Origin: Burkholderiales bacterium
Lineage (GTDB): Bacteria; Pseudomonadota; Gammaproteobacteria; Burkholderiales; JAEUMW01
Assembly: GCA_040507665.1 (NCBI GenBank)
Contig: JBEVOI010000249.1
Location: forward strand, 1 to 54,427
Length of the DNA: 54,427 nucleotides
Direction of reading: 5' to 3'
Shown: positions 31,933-43,102 of the stretch, one piece after another
Numbering within the stretch: the stretch's first letter is position 1
How the letters are laid out: the number at the start of each line of letters is the position of its first letter
Notes under the pieces: generated by a model
The model's database searches: none
The model's input: the letters and a program-made list of their open reading frames with translations, nothing else
Told to the model about the DNA's origin: nothing
Program-made: the position numbers and the translations under genes

Positions 31933-33201
31933 TCAGGTGGGCAAGCGCGGAAAGATGCGGACCGAGCGTATCACGCGTTCCTGTGCCTGAAGGATCTCGA
32001 TCGGGTAGCCCGCGATCTTAACGCTTGTCCCGGGCTCCGGTATATCCTGAAGGTGCTCGAGCAGGAGGCCATTGACGGTCTTGGGCCCGTCGACGGGAAG
32101 GTCGAGACCCAGTTTTCGGTTGAGGTTTCGCAGGGCCGCGTTGCCCTCGACCAGAATGCTTCCGTCCTCCTGAACGCGGAAGGTTCCCCCGTGCAGGGGA
32201 GACTGAGTGGTGAACTCGCCGATCAGTTCCTCGAGGATGTCCTCAACGGTGACGAGCCCCATGAGCTCCCCGTATTCGTCCACCACCAAGCCAAGTTTCT
32301 CGCGGCTTTCCTGGAACCGCTGGAGCTGGCTCAGCAGCGGCGTTCCGGCAGGGACGTAATAGGGGTCGCGAAGCACCTTGTGCAGGCCTTCGCGGGTGAG
32401 GTCGCCATTCTTGACGAGGTTCATCACTTTGCGCACGTGGATGACGCCCACGATCTCGTCGAGGTGACCGCTGTAGGCCGGCAGACGGGTGTGGTAGCTG
32501 GTCGCGATTTGCCGCTGGGCGTCCTCTATCGGCCCGTCGATGTCGATCGCCTCGATTCGCTTGCGCGGGGTCATCACGTCGTCCACGGTAATGTCCTCGA
32601 GGTCGAACAGGTTCATCAGGATGCTGCGATGCTTCTGCGGAAAGAAGCTGCCCGACTCCAGGACCAGCGATCGGAGTTCCTCCATGCTTAGCTTCTGCGC
32701 CCCTTCGGGTTGAGGCTTGATGCGCAGCAGCCAGAGCAGTGCGCGGACGAACAAGTTGACGAACCATACGATGGGGCGCGTAGCCTTGAGCAAGGGCGAG
32801 AGAATGTAGCTTGCCGGCAGAGCGATGCGCTCGGGGTAAGTCGCGCCGATCACCTTCGGTGTCACTTCGCTGAACACGAGAATGGCGAAAGTTACCGCGA
32901 GCGTGCCGATCGTCACTGCCCATTCGCTATGCCCGAGGAAGCGGAATGTGATTACGGTAACCAGCGCTGCCGAGGCGGCGTTGACCAGGTTGTTCCCCAG
33001 CAACACGACTCCAAGGAGCTTGTCGATCTGGGACAACAGTTGCTGTGCGAGGCGCGCGCCGCGATGCCCCTGCCCGGCGAGATGCTTCAGCCGATAGCGG
33101 TTGAGCGCCATCATGCTGGTCTCGGAGATGGAGAAAAACGCGGATATGAGCAGGCAGGCGGCGAGCGCAATCAGCAACGCCGATATCGGAATGTCGTCCA
33201 C
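31933..33201 (-). CDS. HlyC/CorC family transporter (DUF21-CBS-CorC; YfjD/CorB-like)
   Basis: 422 aa. N-terminal DUF21 membrane domain (FFSISETSMMALNRYRL), CBS pair, and a CorC_HlyC C-terminus. Adjacent to ypjD-ffh as in enterobacteria. Confidence 0.9.
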   Translation of the reverse strand: MDDIPISALLIALAACLLISAFFSISETSMMALNRYRLKHLAGQGHRGARLAQQLLSQIDKLLGVVLLGNNLVNAASAALVTVITFRFLGHSEWAVTIGTLAVTFAILVFSEVTPKVIGATYPERIALPASYILSPLLKATRPIVWFVNLFVRALLWLLRIKPQPEGAQKLSMEELRSLVLESGSFFPQKHRSILMNLFDLEDITVDDVMTPRKRIEAIDIDGPIEDAQRQIATSYHTRLPAYSGHLDEIVGVIHVRKVMNLVKNGDLTREGLHKVLRDPYYVPAGTPLLSQLQRFQESREKLGLVVDEYGELMGLVTVEDILEELIGEFTTQSPLHGGTFRVQEDGSILVEGNAALRNLNRKLGLDLPVDGPKTVNGLLLEHLQDIPEPGTSVKIAGYPIEILQAQERVIRSVRIFPRLPT

Positions 33202-33230
33202 GCAGGAATCCGCGGATGGAGATTTCAGGG

Positions 33231-33259
33231 AGTATCGAGGGCATCGATGCCGGTGTCAA
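33231..33259 (-). promoter_or_regulatory. candidate sigma-70 promoter for the corB-like gene
   Basis: On the minus strand: perfect -35 TTGACA (33259-33254), 17-nt spacer, -10 GATACT (33236-33231). The spacer contains the 12-bp palindrome GGCATCGATGCC (33240-33251). Confidence 0.4.
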
Positions 33260-33278
33260 TTTGAACCGGTGCCACCAC

Positions 33279-34136
33279 TCAACCCCGACCCAGCAATACC
33301 TCGACGACGAATTTGCTCCCTACGTAAGCAAGCACGAGGGTGAGAAATCCGGCCAGAGTCCAGCGCACCGCGACGCGACCGCGCCAGCCGTAGATACTGC
33401 GCCCTGCGAGCAGGGCTGCGAAGATAGCCCACGAGAGCCATGCAAACAGCGTCTTGTGGCTCAAGGACATGGGCTTGCCGAATACTTCCTCGGAGAAGAA
33501 AACACCACTCACGAGGGCGAGCGTGAGCAGGGCGAAGCCCGCGCCGATGATCCGGAACAGCAGCGTCTCCATGGTTAGCAGTGGTGGCATCGAGCGCAGG
33601 CTGCGGGTGAGCGCCCCGCCGTGCAAGCGCCGCTCCACCAGCGCCATCAGCAGCACGTGCAGGGAGGCGATGGTGAACAGGCTGTAGGCGAGCATCGAAA
33701 GCACCAGATGGAACTTGAACGCTGGAAACTCCGTGTGCGCGAGGGGCCGCGTGGCCGGGAACACCGCGGGCAGCAGCACGGCGATGGCGGCTACCGGCAG
33801 AATCAGGGACTGCAAACCTTCCAGGCGGTAGGCGAGGCTTGCGAGCCAGTAGATGAGCATCGACAGCCACGCGATGGCGGAGAGTGCGGTGCCGACGCCA
33901 AGGAACAGCCCTTCCGGCTCGAACATGGTCCGATACAGGAGCCAGGTGTGGAGCGCGAGCGGAAGGAATATAACGAGGTTCTCCCAGGCGGCGGACCGTC
34001 CGGAAACCTCCGGAATGGCCGGCTCGGTCGCAGGCCGCCAGCGGGTTCGCCAGAAGTAGGTGGCTGCGCCCGCGTACAGCAGGGCATTGACGAGATGGAG
34101 TAAAATGCTGGGCATGAAGCGCACCCGCGCGAACAC
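33279..34136 (-). CDS. ypjD: inner membrane protein YpjD (cytochrome c assembly CcsA-like family)
   Basis: 285 aa polytopic membrane protein, divergent from ffh as in many proteobacteria. Confidence 0.82.
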   Translation of the reverse strand: MFARVRFMPSILLHLVNALLYAGAATYFWRTRWRPATEPAIPEVSGRSAAWENLVIFLPLALHTWLLYRTMFEPEGLFLGVGTALSAIAWLSMLIYWLASLAYRLEGLQSLILPVAAIAVLLPAVFPATRPLAHTEFPAFKFHLVLSMLAYSLFTIASLHVLLMALVERRLHGGALTRSLRSMPPLLTMETLLFRIIGAGFALLTLALVSGVFFSEEVFGKPMSLSHKTLFAWLSWAIFAALLAGRSIYGWRGRVAVRWTLAGFLTLVLAYVGSKFVVEVLLGRG

Positions 34137-34219
34137 GACGCTCGGGTAGCCGCAAGAGTCTACACCAAACCCAAACCTGAGGGCCGGGCGCGCGCCCAGC
34201 CCCTTCGCTGACTCCCCCC

Positions 34220-35569
<1,350 letters not shown>

Positions 35570-35677
35570 GAGGAATCTACGTCGCTGTGCTCCTCTAGTA
35601 CGCCGCAACCCCATCTGCGGGTTGGGGATTGCGTTTGTGGGCGAAGCCAAAAGCCACGTTGCCTCGCCCGTACCACG

Positions 35678-35902
35678 TCAGGCTTCGTACTTGAACGATA
35701 GCTGGACGCGGGCCCGAAACGCTACGACCTTCCCGTTGTCGACCTTCATGTCGAGCTTCGCAACCTCGGCTACCCGCAGGTCACGCAATGACTTGCTCGC
35801 CGTCTCGACCGCCTTCTTCGCAGCGTCCTCCCACGACGTCTCGCTCGTACCAATGACATCGATTACCCGGTAAACGCCTTCAGTTGAGCCTTTTTTTGCC
35901 AT
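35678..35902 (-). CDS. dodecin family flavin-binding protein
   Basis: 74 aa. VYRVIDVIGTSETSWEDAAKKAVETASKSLRDLRVAEV...FKYE matches the dodecin pattern. Confidence 0.85.
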   Translation of the reverse strand: MAKKGSTEGVYRVIDVIGTSETSWEDAAKKAVETASKSLRDLRVAEVAKLDMKVDNGKVVAFRARVQLSFKYEA

Positions 35903-36014
35903 GTCTCGCTCCCTCGGTGTGTGCCGCGAATTGCGACTCCAGTATCATACGCCACCCCAACGCTGACAGGGCCGCGAGCGAGACAGCATGTCTGGAATGG
36001 ATGCGGTCTGCGGT

Positions 36015-37106
36015 CTACACGTTGAAACGGAAGTGGACCACGTCTCCGTCGCGCACGATGTACTCCTTTCCTTCGAGCCGCATCCGACCCGCTACTTTCG
36101 ATCCCTGCTCGCCCTTGTAGGTGACGTAATCGTCGAGGGCGATCACCTCCGCTCGGATGAACCCGCGCTCGAAGTCGGTGTGAATGACGCCCGCGGCCTG
36201 GGGCGCAGTGTCGCCCTTGTGAATCGTCCACGCCCGCACTTCCTTGTCACCTGCGGTGAAATAGGTCTGCAGACCGAGAAGATCGTAAGCAGCACGGATC
36301 AGTCGATTGAGTCCGGGCTCTTCGAGGCCGAGGTCAGCTAGGAACACCTGCTTGTCCTCGTCGCAAAGGTCTGCGATCTGCGATTCCAGCGCCGCACAAA
36401 TTGGCACGACGGGTGCACGCTCTTGCTTCCCATGAGCGCGCAAAGTCTCGAGCAGAGGATTGTTCTCGAAGCCGCGTTCGTCGACATTGGCGACGTACAT
36501 CGCCGGCTTCATGGTGAGCAAGCAAAGGGGCGTCAGCAGAACCTCGTCTTCCTTGGAAAGGCCCAGGCTGCGCGCAGGCTTGCCCTGATCGAGATGGGCT
36601 TTCACCCGTTCGAGCACGGCGACCTCCCTGACGGCCTCCTTCTCTCCGGATTTCGAGGATTTCGTGGCGCGAGTGATCGCCTTCTCCACGGTCGCGAGGT
36701 CGGCTAGCGCCAATTCCGTGTGGATCGTTTCGATATCGGAGATCGGGTCGATCCTCCCCGCGACGTGGGTCACGTTCTCGTCCTCGAAGCAGCGGACGAC
36801 GTGGGCGACGGCATCGGTCTCGCGAATGTGAGCGAGAAACTGATTGCCGAGCCCCTCGCCCTTCGATGCGCCCGCGACGAGCCCCGCGATGTCGACGAAT
36901 TCGACGACGGCCGGAATCACCTTCTGTGGCTTCGCGATCTCCGCCAGCTTCTCGAGGCGCAGATCCGGTACTTCTACCACGCCCACATTGGGTTCGATGG
37001 TGCAGAAAGGGTAGTTCTCGGCGGCGATGCCGGCCTTGGTGAGCGCGTTGAAGAGAGTGGATTTGCCGACGTTGGGCAGACCCACGATGCCGCACTTGAG
37101 GCTCAT
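36015..37106 (-). CDS. ychF: redox-regulated ATPase YchF
   Basis: Start at ATG 37106 ([23 protein letters not shown]), 363 aa, ATGA overlap with the pth stop. The track ORF extends 32 codons upstream. Confidence 0.96.
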   Translation of the reverse strand: MSLKCGIVGLPNVGKSTLFNALTKAGIAAENYPFCTIEPNVGVVEVPDLRLEKLAEIAKPQKVIPAVVEFVDIAGLVAGASKGEGLGNQFLAHIRETDAVAHVVRCFEDENVTHVAGRIDPISDIETIHTELALADLATVEKAITRATKSSKSGEKEAVREVAVLERVKAHLDQGKPARSLGLSKEDEVLLTPLCLLTMKPAMYVANVDERGFENNPLLETLRAHGKQERAPVVPICAALESQIADLCDEDKQVFLADLGLEEPGLNRLIRAAYDLLGLQTYFTAGDKEVRAWTIHKGDTAPQAAGVIHTDFERGFIRAEVIALDDYVTYKGEQGSKVAGRMRLEGKEYIVRDGDVVHFRFNV

Positions 37107-37708
37107 GGAGGATCGTCCGGTTTGGGTTCTGAGGGCGGCCTCGGCTTCGTGTGCAGCTTGAGCATCGCTGCTTCGAGGTCGCCACGCGCGATCAATGGCC
37201 ACACGTCGAGGCTCTTATCGATCGAAGCATCGATCGCTTCCCGTTCCTCGTGCCGCGGTGGGTGCAGCACGTAGCTGACAACGTCGGCGCGGTCGCCCGG
37301 ATGGCCGATGCCGAGCCGCAGCCGCCAGAAGCCGTGGGTGCCGAGGTGCGCGGCGACGTCCTTGAGCCCGTTGTGTCCAGAGACGCCGCCTCCCTTCTTG
37401 AGTTTCGCTGTGCCGGGCGGCAAATCGAGCTCGTCGTGAGCGATGAGGATGTCATCAGGCGCGACCTTGTAGAAACGCGCGAGCGCACCTACCGAGCGAC
37501 CGCTCGCATTCATGAAGGTCTGCGGCATCAGCAACCAGCACTCGCCGCCGCCGGCGATGCGTCCGACGATGCCGTGGAAGCGCGACGACTCGCTTCGCAG
37601 GCGCGCGCCGGCGGCCACCGCGAGACGCTCGACGAACCAGAAGCCGGCATTGTGACGGGTGCCGGCATGTTCGGGGCCCGGATTACCAAGACCGACGACG
37701 AGGCGCAT
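37103..37708 (-). CDS. pth: peptidyl-tRNA hydrolase
   Basis: 201 aa. [25 protein letters not shown] signature. Confidence 0.96.
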   Translation of the reverse strand: MRLVVGLGNPGPEHAGTRHNAGFWFVERLAVAAGARLRSESSRFHGIVGRIAGGGECWLLMPQTFMNASGRSVGALARFYKVAPDDILIAHDELDLPPGTAKLKKGGGVSGHNGLKDVAAHLGTHGFWRLRLGIGHPGDRADVVSYVLHPPRHEEREAIDASIDKSLDVWPLIARGDLEAAMLKLHTKPRPPSEPKPDDPP

Positions 37709-37736
37709 TCGAGGGGTGGCTCTGCGGTTCGGACGT

Positions 37737-37782
37737 GAAAAGGCCCGCCAGCGTGCTGCCGTCGGAACGGCGGCTGACGGGC
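37737..37782 (-). terminator. rho-independent terminator/attenuator between rplY and pth
   Basis: Minus-strand RNA: GGCCCGUCAGC ... GCUGGCGGGCC, an 11-bp stem with one G-U pair, followed by UUUU. Confidence 0.55.
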
Positions 37783-37807
37783 CGGAGTTGGGTCGCAGGG
37801 CGCGAAC

Positions 37808-38497
37808 TTACTTCTTGTCGCCCTTCTCGCCCTTCTCGCCTTCCTTCTCCTCCTTCTTCGCCACCAACGGCACCTCGGCCGCGGCCGGCGCGGCGGCTTC
37901 GGCTTCGACTTCCTCCTCAACCACGGCGCGCGGCAGCACGCAGTTTGCCACCACCGGATCCTCGCCCGATTGCGCCGCGACCGCCTCGACGCCCGTGGGC
38001 AGCTTCAGTTCGGACAGGTGGATCGAGTGACCGGCGTCGAGGTGCGCGAGGTCCACTTCAATGAACGCCGGCAGGTCCTTCGGCAGGCAGGTCACATCGA
38101 CGTCGTTCATGACATGGCTCACGATGCCGCCCGCGATCTTCACCCCCGGCGCGATCTCCCCGTTCACAAAATGCAGCGGTACTTTCACGTGGATCTTCTT
38201 GTCCCGCATGACGCGCTGGAAATCCACGTGCAGGACCTCGGCGCGAAACGGATGCATTTGCACGTCTCGTAACAGTACTTGCTCCTTGGCACCGCTGACG
38301 GACATGCTCAGGATCGACGCGTGGAAGGCTTCAAGCCGAAAATGCTGATAAAGCGCGTTGTGGTCGAGCTCGATCGAGACAGGTGCGGTTTCGCCCCCGT
38401 AGATGATTCCGGGCACCTTGCCGTGACGGCGCAGGCGGCGGCTCGCACCCTTCCCTTGCGCCGATCGCGGAAAAGCGACGACTTCGATTGCTGCCAT
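37808..38497 (-). CDS. rplY: 50S ribosomal protein L25 / general stress protein Ctc
   Basis: 229 aa. The two-domain Ctc form has an acidic/lysine-rich tail. Lies between prs and pth. Confidence 0.93.
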   Translation of the reverse strand: MAAIEVVAFPRSAQGKGASRRLRRHGKVPGIIYGGETAPVSIELDHNALYQHFRLEAFHASILSMSVSGAKEQVLLRDVQMHPFRAEVLHVDFQRVMRDKKIHVKVPLHFVNGEIAPGVKIAGGIVSHVMNDVDVTCLPKDLPAFIEVDLAHLDAGHSIHLSELKLPTGVEAVAAQSGEDPVVANCVLPRAVVEEEVEAEAAAPAAAEVPLVAKKEEKEGEKGEKGDKK

Positions 38498-38586
38498 TTC
38501 ACTCTCCTTGTGTTAAGAATCGCCGCCGGCCGCGACCAGCCCGCAGCGTGCTGAAAGATCGTTCGAGAAATCGCTCCGCGAGCACG

Positions 38587-39537
38587 CTACTCCATGAACA
38601 GCGAACTCACCGAATCCTCGTTGCTGATGCGCAGCATCGTCTCCGCCATCAGTTCCGCCGCCGACACGCAGCGGATGCGCTTGGAGCGCTTGGCATCGTC
38701 ACGCAGCGGAATCGTGTCGGTCACCACGAGCTGATCGAGCGTGGAGTTCTCGATCCGCTGCACCGCTGTGCCCGAAAGCACCGCGTGCGTGCAATAAGCG
38801 ACCACCCGCTCGGCGCCGTTTTCCTTCAATGCGACTGCCGCCTCGCACAGCGTGTTCGCTGTATCCACAAGGTCGTCCATGATGACGCAAGTGCGCCCTG
38901 CCACGTCGCCGATGATGTTCATCACGGTCGCGATATTCGGACGCGGACGACGCTTGTCGATGATCGCGAGGTCGCAGTCGAGACGCTTCGCGACCGCCCG
39001 TGCCCGTACCACGCCGCCCACGTCGGGCGACACCACGATCATGTTCGGATATTCGTGCTTCCACAGGTCCGCGAGCAGGATTGGCGTGGCGTAAACGTTA
39101 TCGACTGGTATGTCGAAGAACCCCTGGATCTGGTCCGAGTGCAGGTCCATGGTCAGCATCCGGTCCACGCCCACGCTGGTTAGCATGTTCGCGACCACCT
39201 TCGCCGTGATCGGCACCCGCGCCGAGCGCGGACGGCGGTCCTGCCGCGCGTAGCCGAAATACGGGATCGCCGCGGTGATGCGCCCGGCAGAGGCGCGCTT
39301 CAGCGCGTCCACGATCACGAGCACTTCCATCAGGCTGTCGTTCGTCGGCGCGCAGGTGGACTGCAGCACGAACACGTCCTTCCCGCGCACGTTCTCGAGG
39401 ATTTCCACCATCACCTCGCCGTCGCTGAAGCGGCTCACGACGGCGCGCCCGAGATTGATGTGCAGATGGCGCACCACGTCCTCCGCGAGCTTCGGGTTCG
39501 CATTGCCCGTGAACACCATCAGGCTTTCGTAAGCCAT
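38587..39537 (-). CDS. prs: ribose-phosphate pyrophosphokinase
   Basis: 316 aa. [22 protein letters not shown] and [11 protein letters not shown] motifs. Confidence 0.97.
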   Translation of the reverse strand: MAYESLMVFTGNANPKLAEDVVRHLHINLGRAVVSRFSDGEVMVEILENVRGKDVFVLQSTCAPTNDSLMEVLVIVDALKRASAGRITAAIPYFGYARQDRRPRSARVPITAKVVANMLTSVGVDRMLTMDLHSDQIQGFFDIPVDNVYATPILLADLWKHEYPNMIVVSPDVGGVVRARAVAKRLDCDLAIIDKRRPRPNIATVMNIIGDVAGRTCVIMDDLVDTANTLCEAAVALKENGAERVVAYCTHAVLSGTAVQRIENSTLDQLVVTDTIPLRDDAKRSKRIRCVSAAELMAETMLRISNEDSVSSLFME

Positions 39538-39656
39538 GCTCCGCTATCCGCAAAGCGTCTGGGGGAAAGGGTCGGAGAAACCGCGCTGCTCCGATACAAG
39601 CATCTGCAGATCTAAGCGATACGACGGGGCAAGCATGCGCCCTCGAAAAGTCGGGG

Positions 39657-39728
39657 CTGGGGAGGTAGGGATCGAACCTACGAATGCCGGAATCAAAATC
39701 CGGTGCCTTACCACTTGGCGACTCCCCA
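39657..39728 (-). tRNA. tRNA-Gln (anticodon UUG)
   Basis: Minus strand: UGGGGAGUCGCCAAGUGGUAAGGCACCGGAUUUUGAUUCCGGCAUUCGUAGGUUCGAUCCCUACCUCCCCAG. Acceptor stem UGGGGAG/CUCCCCA, anticodon loop UUUUGAU, T-loop GGUUCGAUCC. CCA is not encoded. Confidence 0.92.
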
Positions 39729-39733
39729 ATGGT

Positions 39734-40582
39734 TCAATCTGCGAGGCGCCGCAGGGGGTGACGGTCCAGACCCTGCGCCACGAATCCGTGCATCGTCGGG
39801 GGCAGGAGGCTCGCCAACCGCCGCGCCTCCTCTTCGGTGGAAAATTCCGCGAAGAGGCAGGCACCGGAACCGGTAAGAGCAGCGACCCCCGCTTCACCCA
39901 CCCGAGCGCGCAGCCAATCCAAGTGGCGACCGACGTCCGGATAAGTCGAACACACCACCGCTTCGAGGTCGTTCTGCCCCTTCACCGCCGAAAAGGCCGA
40001 CATTGTGACGGGCGTAGAGTTTCGTGTCAAATCAGGATGTTCGAACACTTTCCGGGTCGTCACCATGACCGGCGGAACGAGCACGAGATACCACCGCGGC
40101 GGCAGCGCGACCGGCCGCAACTTCTCCCCGATCCCCTCGGCAAAGGCGCTTTCGCCGAAGATGAAGACGGGCACGTCGGCGCCCAGGCGCAGGCCCAGCG
40201 CCTCCAGGTCCCGCCGTTTCAGGTGCAGGCCCCAGATGCGATTGAGCGCCAGCAGGACCGTCGCTGCGTCCGAGCTTCCGCCACCGAGCCCGCCGCCCAC
40301 GGGCAGCCGTTTGCGCACGCGAATTTCGATGCCGCGGCTCACCCCGGCCTCGTGCCGGAGCAACCGCGCTGCCTTGACCACGATATCCTCGTCTGCAGGG
40401 ATGCCGGGCACACTATTTACGCGGCGGATGACGCCGTCCTGCCGTATCCGGAAGTACAGCGTATCGCCGAAGTCGATAAACCGAAACACCGTCTGCAGGA
40501 GGTGGTAGCCATCCGCCCGGCGGCCCGTCACGCGCAGGAAGAGGTTGAGCTTCGCGGGGGCGGGATAGCTGACGAGCGACAT
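39734..40582 (-). CDS. ispE: 4-(cytidine 5'-diphospho)-2-C-methyl-D-erythritol kinase
   Basis: 282 aa. PAPAKLNLFLRVTGRRADGYH and the GHMP motif PVGGGLGGGSSDAA. Confidence 0.96.
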   Translation of the reverse strand: MSLVSYPAPAKLNLFLRVTGRRADGYHLLQTVFRFIDFGDTLYFRIRQDGVIRRVNSVPGIPADEDIVVKAARLLRHEAGVSRGIEIRVRKRLPVGGGLGGGSSDAATVLLALNRIWGLHLKRRDLEALGLRLGADVPVFIFGESAFAEGIGEKLRPVALPPRWYLVLVPPVMVTTRKVFEHPDLTRNSTPVTMSAFSAVKGQNDLEAVVCSTYPDVGRHLDWLRARVGEAGVAALTGSGACLFAEFSTEEEARRLASLLPPTMHGFVAQGLDRHPLRRLAD

Positions 40583-40645
40583 GGGAAGCGACTGGAAAGG
40601 CCAACGAGGATAAGCGAATTGCCTCTGGCTTGGCGATCGGAACTG

Positions 40646-41227
40646 CTACGGCTGCACGTCCCAGCGGTCGACTGCCAGGCGGATCTGCAGGCCGCCATAC
40701 TCGAGGCTTACGAGACCGGGGAGCGCGCCCCACTGCGTATCCACGTAGCGGCGAAACTCGATGTCCCAACCGTCCTGCAGCATGCGCGTCGGGCGCCCGC
40801 TCGCCGCATCGTGTTCGATGCGGGTCGGGCCGGAGCCCGGGGCCGGACGCCCGAGCACCCAGTACTCGAGGCCGGCGAGCGGCAGGTCCCAGCCGAGGGC
40901 TTCGCGGGTGAGAACCTCCGCCGTATCGGCTCGCCGCACCGCGCCGCTTGCGGTCGTGAGTTCGACGCCATCCTGATCACGCGAAAGCCGGGCGACGCTG
41001 CTTCCGACGGGTGACGAGAACCAGAGCTCGTCGCGCCCTGGCGAGTGCAACCAACGCAGCATCCCGGACATGCCCTCGTCGCCGTTGCGGATGCCGATGC
41101 GTCCGATGAGCTCGAACCGCACCCGATCGGGAGAGAGATCGGCGGCCGGCTGGGTGGCGGGCGTCCCAGGCGCTGTGGCGCAGGCGCCGGCGAGCAGGAT
41201 CAGAAGGAGCGCACCGCTACCCCGCAA
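40646..41227 (-). CDS. lolB: outer-membrane lipoprotein LolB
   Basis: A TTG at 41227 gives (M)RGSGALLLILLAGAC, a lipoprotein-type signal. The body (FELIGRIGIRNGDEGMSGMLRW...) is LolB-like and the lolB-ispE order is conserved. The start is uncertain because there is no ATG between 41476 and the signal peptide. Confidence 0.8.
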   Translation of the reverse strand: MRGSGALLLILLAGACATAPGTPATQPAADLSPDRVRFELIGRIGIRNGDEGMSGMLRWLHSPGRDELWFSSPVGSSVARLSRDQDGVELTTASGAVRRADTAEVLTREALGWDLPLAGLEYWVLGRPAPGSGPTRIEHDAASGRPTRMLQDGWDIEFRRYVDTQWGALPGLVSLEYGGLQIRLAVDRWDVQP

Positions 41228-41259
41228 CAGCCGGTCGCGCCGATGGCGACGAAACGCGA

Positions 41260-43005
41260 TCAGGGGAGGAAGCGCTTGACCGCGGTCTGCAGCGCCTCGT
41301 TGTCGGGATTTTCCTGAAGTGCCTGGCGCCAGACCTTTTCCGCTTCGTCTTTCTGCCCCTGGACCCACAGCACCTCGCCGAGGTGAGCGGCGATCTCGGG
41401 ATCGGGGCGCTCCGCGAAGGCTTTGCGCAGGTAGACGAGCGCTTCCTTCGTCTGGCCGCGGCGAAAGAGTACCCACCCCTTGCTGTCGAGGATGAACGGA
41501 TCGTCGGGCGCGAGCTTGAGCGCCTTGTCGATATAGTCCTCTGCTTCCTTCAAGCGCTCGGTGCGATCGGCGAGCGTGTAGCCGAGCGCGTTGTAGGCAT
41601 GCGCGTGATCCGGCTTGATGACGATGAGCTTCTTGAGGTTCGCCTCGAGCACGTCGATGCGATTCACCTTTTCCGCGACCATGGCGTAGTCGTAGAGCAG
41701 ATCCGGATAGTTCGGCAGCTTCTCCAGCGACTTGCCGAGCAGGTCGTAGGCTTCCTGATACTGATTCTGGTCGCGCAGCAACTGCGCCTCAGCCTGGATC
41801 AGCTGCACCCGCTGCTGATTATTCTGTACCGGCAGTTGCTGCAGATAGCGGCGCGCACCGGGCAGATCCCCTTCCTTGGCGACAACGCCCGCATAGCGGA
41901 CCTGTGCCGGGATGAACTGCTCTCCGCGGCTCACTTCCGTATACCAGCGCTTCGCTTCTCCGTACTGCTTGCGCTCCTCATCCACCTGACCGAGGTACAT
42001 GCGGACGGTATCGGCATCCTTGGGGTTCTGGGCGAGGGCGCGCTTGAGCGTCTTCTCGGCAGCGTCGTAGTCCTTGAGCTGGATCGCCAGCAGGGCGACC
42101 GCCATGGTCACGTCCGGATTCTGCGGGAAGTCCTTGCCGAGCCGCTCGAACTCCTGGCGCGCCTCTTCGTAGTTGCGATCGTTCACCAGCAAGCGCGCGT
42201 AGTTGAGGCGCACGTCCTTGGCTTGCGGATTCTGCTTAAGGTAGCTCTTCCAGTAAGCCAGCGCCTCCGCGTTGGACCGCCGCTGCAGTGCCTGGCCCTT
42301 GACCAGCGCCGCCAGCTCCCACTCGGGCCGCAGCTTCACCGCCTCGTCGGCTTCCTTCGTGGCGAGATCGATGTCATCCGCCGCCATCGCGGCCTGGGCA
42401 ACGGCGATGTGGGCCTCGGCAATGCCCGGGTAGGGGGTGGCGAGCTCCTGCACCAGCTTCAGCGCAGCCTTCTTGTCGTTGGCCCGGGACAGCAGTCCAC
42501 CGAGCTGAAGGAACGCCTGCCCGACGTTCTCCTTCTCGTCCCTGAGCAGCTTTTCCAGGTAAGGCTTCGCGTCGTCGAGCTTGTTCGCATTGACGAGTAG
42601 CGCCGTCACTGCCTGCTGGGCCCGCACCGACTCGGGATCGGCGGCAAGCCAGATCTTCGCGGCTTCGAGGGCCTGATCCTGGGCCCGGGCGAACAGCGCG
42701 ATCTCGGTCGCACGCTGGGCGATGCGCGGATCCCTCGTCTTCTTCGCCATTTCGACATAGGCTTGGGTGGCAACGTCGAGGCGGCCGCGCTGGCCCGCGA
42801 TCTCGCCGATGAGGAACCGATACAGCGTTTCGCTGGTAAGCTCCTGGTTCGGCAAGGGTGGCTGCCGGGGCTGTTCCGGCAGCTTTGCGGCGGTAACTGT
42901 CGGCTTTGCCTTGGTCCCATCAGCGTGCTTTTGCGGTGTCTGCGCGCACGCAGACAAAAGCACCGCAAGGAGCGGCAGGGCCACGGGACGGATTCGGCTC
43001 ATCAA
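41260..43005 (-). CDS. TPR-repeat lipoprotein
   Basis: 581 aa. Signal with lipobox LLSAC followed by many TPR-like repeats (A..Y...L..NP). Specific function unknown. Confidence 0.85.
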   Translation of the reverse strand: MMSRIRPVALPLLAVLLSACAQTPQKHADGTKAKPTVTAAKLPEQPRQPPLPNQELTSETLYRFLIGEIAGQRGRLDVATQAYVEMAKKTRDPRIAQRATEIALFARAQDQALEAAKIWLAADPESVRAQQAVTALLVNANKLDDAKPYLEKLLRDEKENVGQAFLQLGGLLSRANDKKAALKLVQELATPYPGIAEAHIAVAQAAMAADDIDLATKEADEAVKLRPEWELAALVKGQALQRRSNAEALAYWKSYLKQNPQAKDVRLNYARLLVNDRNYEEARQEFERLGKDFPQNPDVTMAVALLAIQLKDYDAAEKTLKRALAQNPKDADTVRMYLGQVDEERKQYGEAKRWYTEVSRGEQFIPAQVRYAGVVAKEGDLPGARRYLQQLPVQNNQQRVQLIQAEAQLLRDQNQYQEAYDLLGKSLEKLPNYPDLLYDYAMVAEKVNRIDVLEANLKKLIVIKPDHAHAYNALGYTLADRTERLKEAEDYIDKALKLAPDDPFILDSKGWVLFRRGQTKEALVYLRKAFAERPDPEIAAHLGEVLWVQGQKDEAEKVWRQALQENPDNEALQTAVKRFLP

Positions 43006-43084
43006 GAACGACTCGAAGGGATCGATGCTGGATTAGAGGCGTACCGGCGCGCCGAGGTTCGCGCGCCGCGTTCGCGGCGAGGCT

Positions 43085-43102
43085 ATATGTGATCCCACAT
43101 AT
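43085..43102. promoter_or_regulatory. 18-bp palindrome, candidate operator in a divergent intergenic region
   Basis: ATATGTG-atcc-CACATAT, perfect 7-bp arms, in the AT-rich core of the 172-bp spacer between the TPR gene and the ABC operon. Confidence 0.3.

Noticed and set aside
35903-36014. FMN (RFN) riboswitch upstream of the flavin-binding dodecin gene
   Set aside because: The leader is only about 110 nt and lacks the conserved RFN core segments. Only a simple long-range stem is visible, and that is reported separately at low interest.
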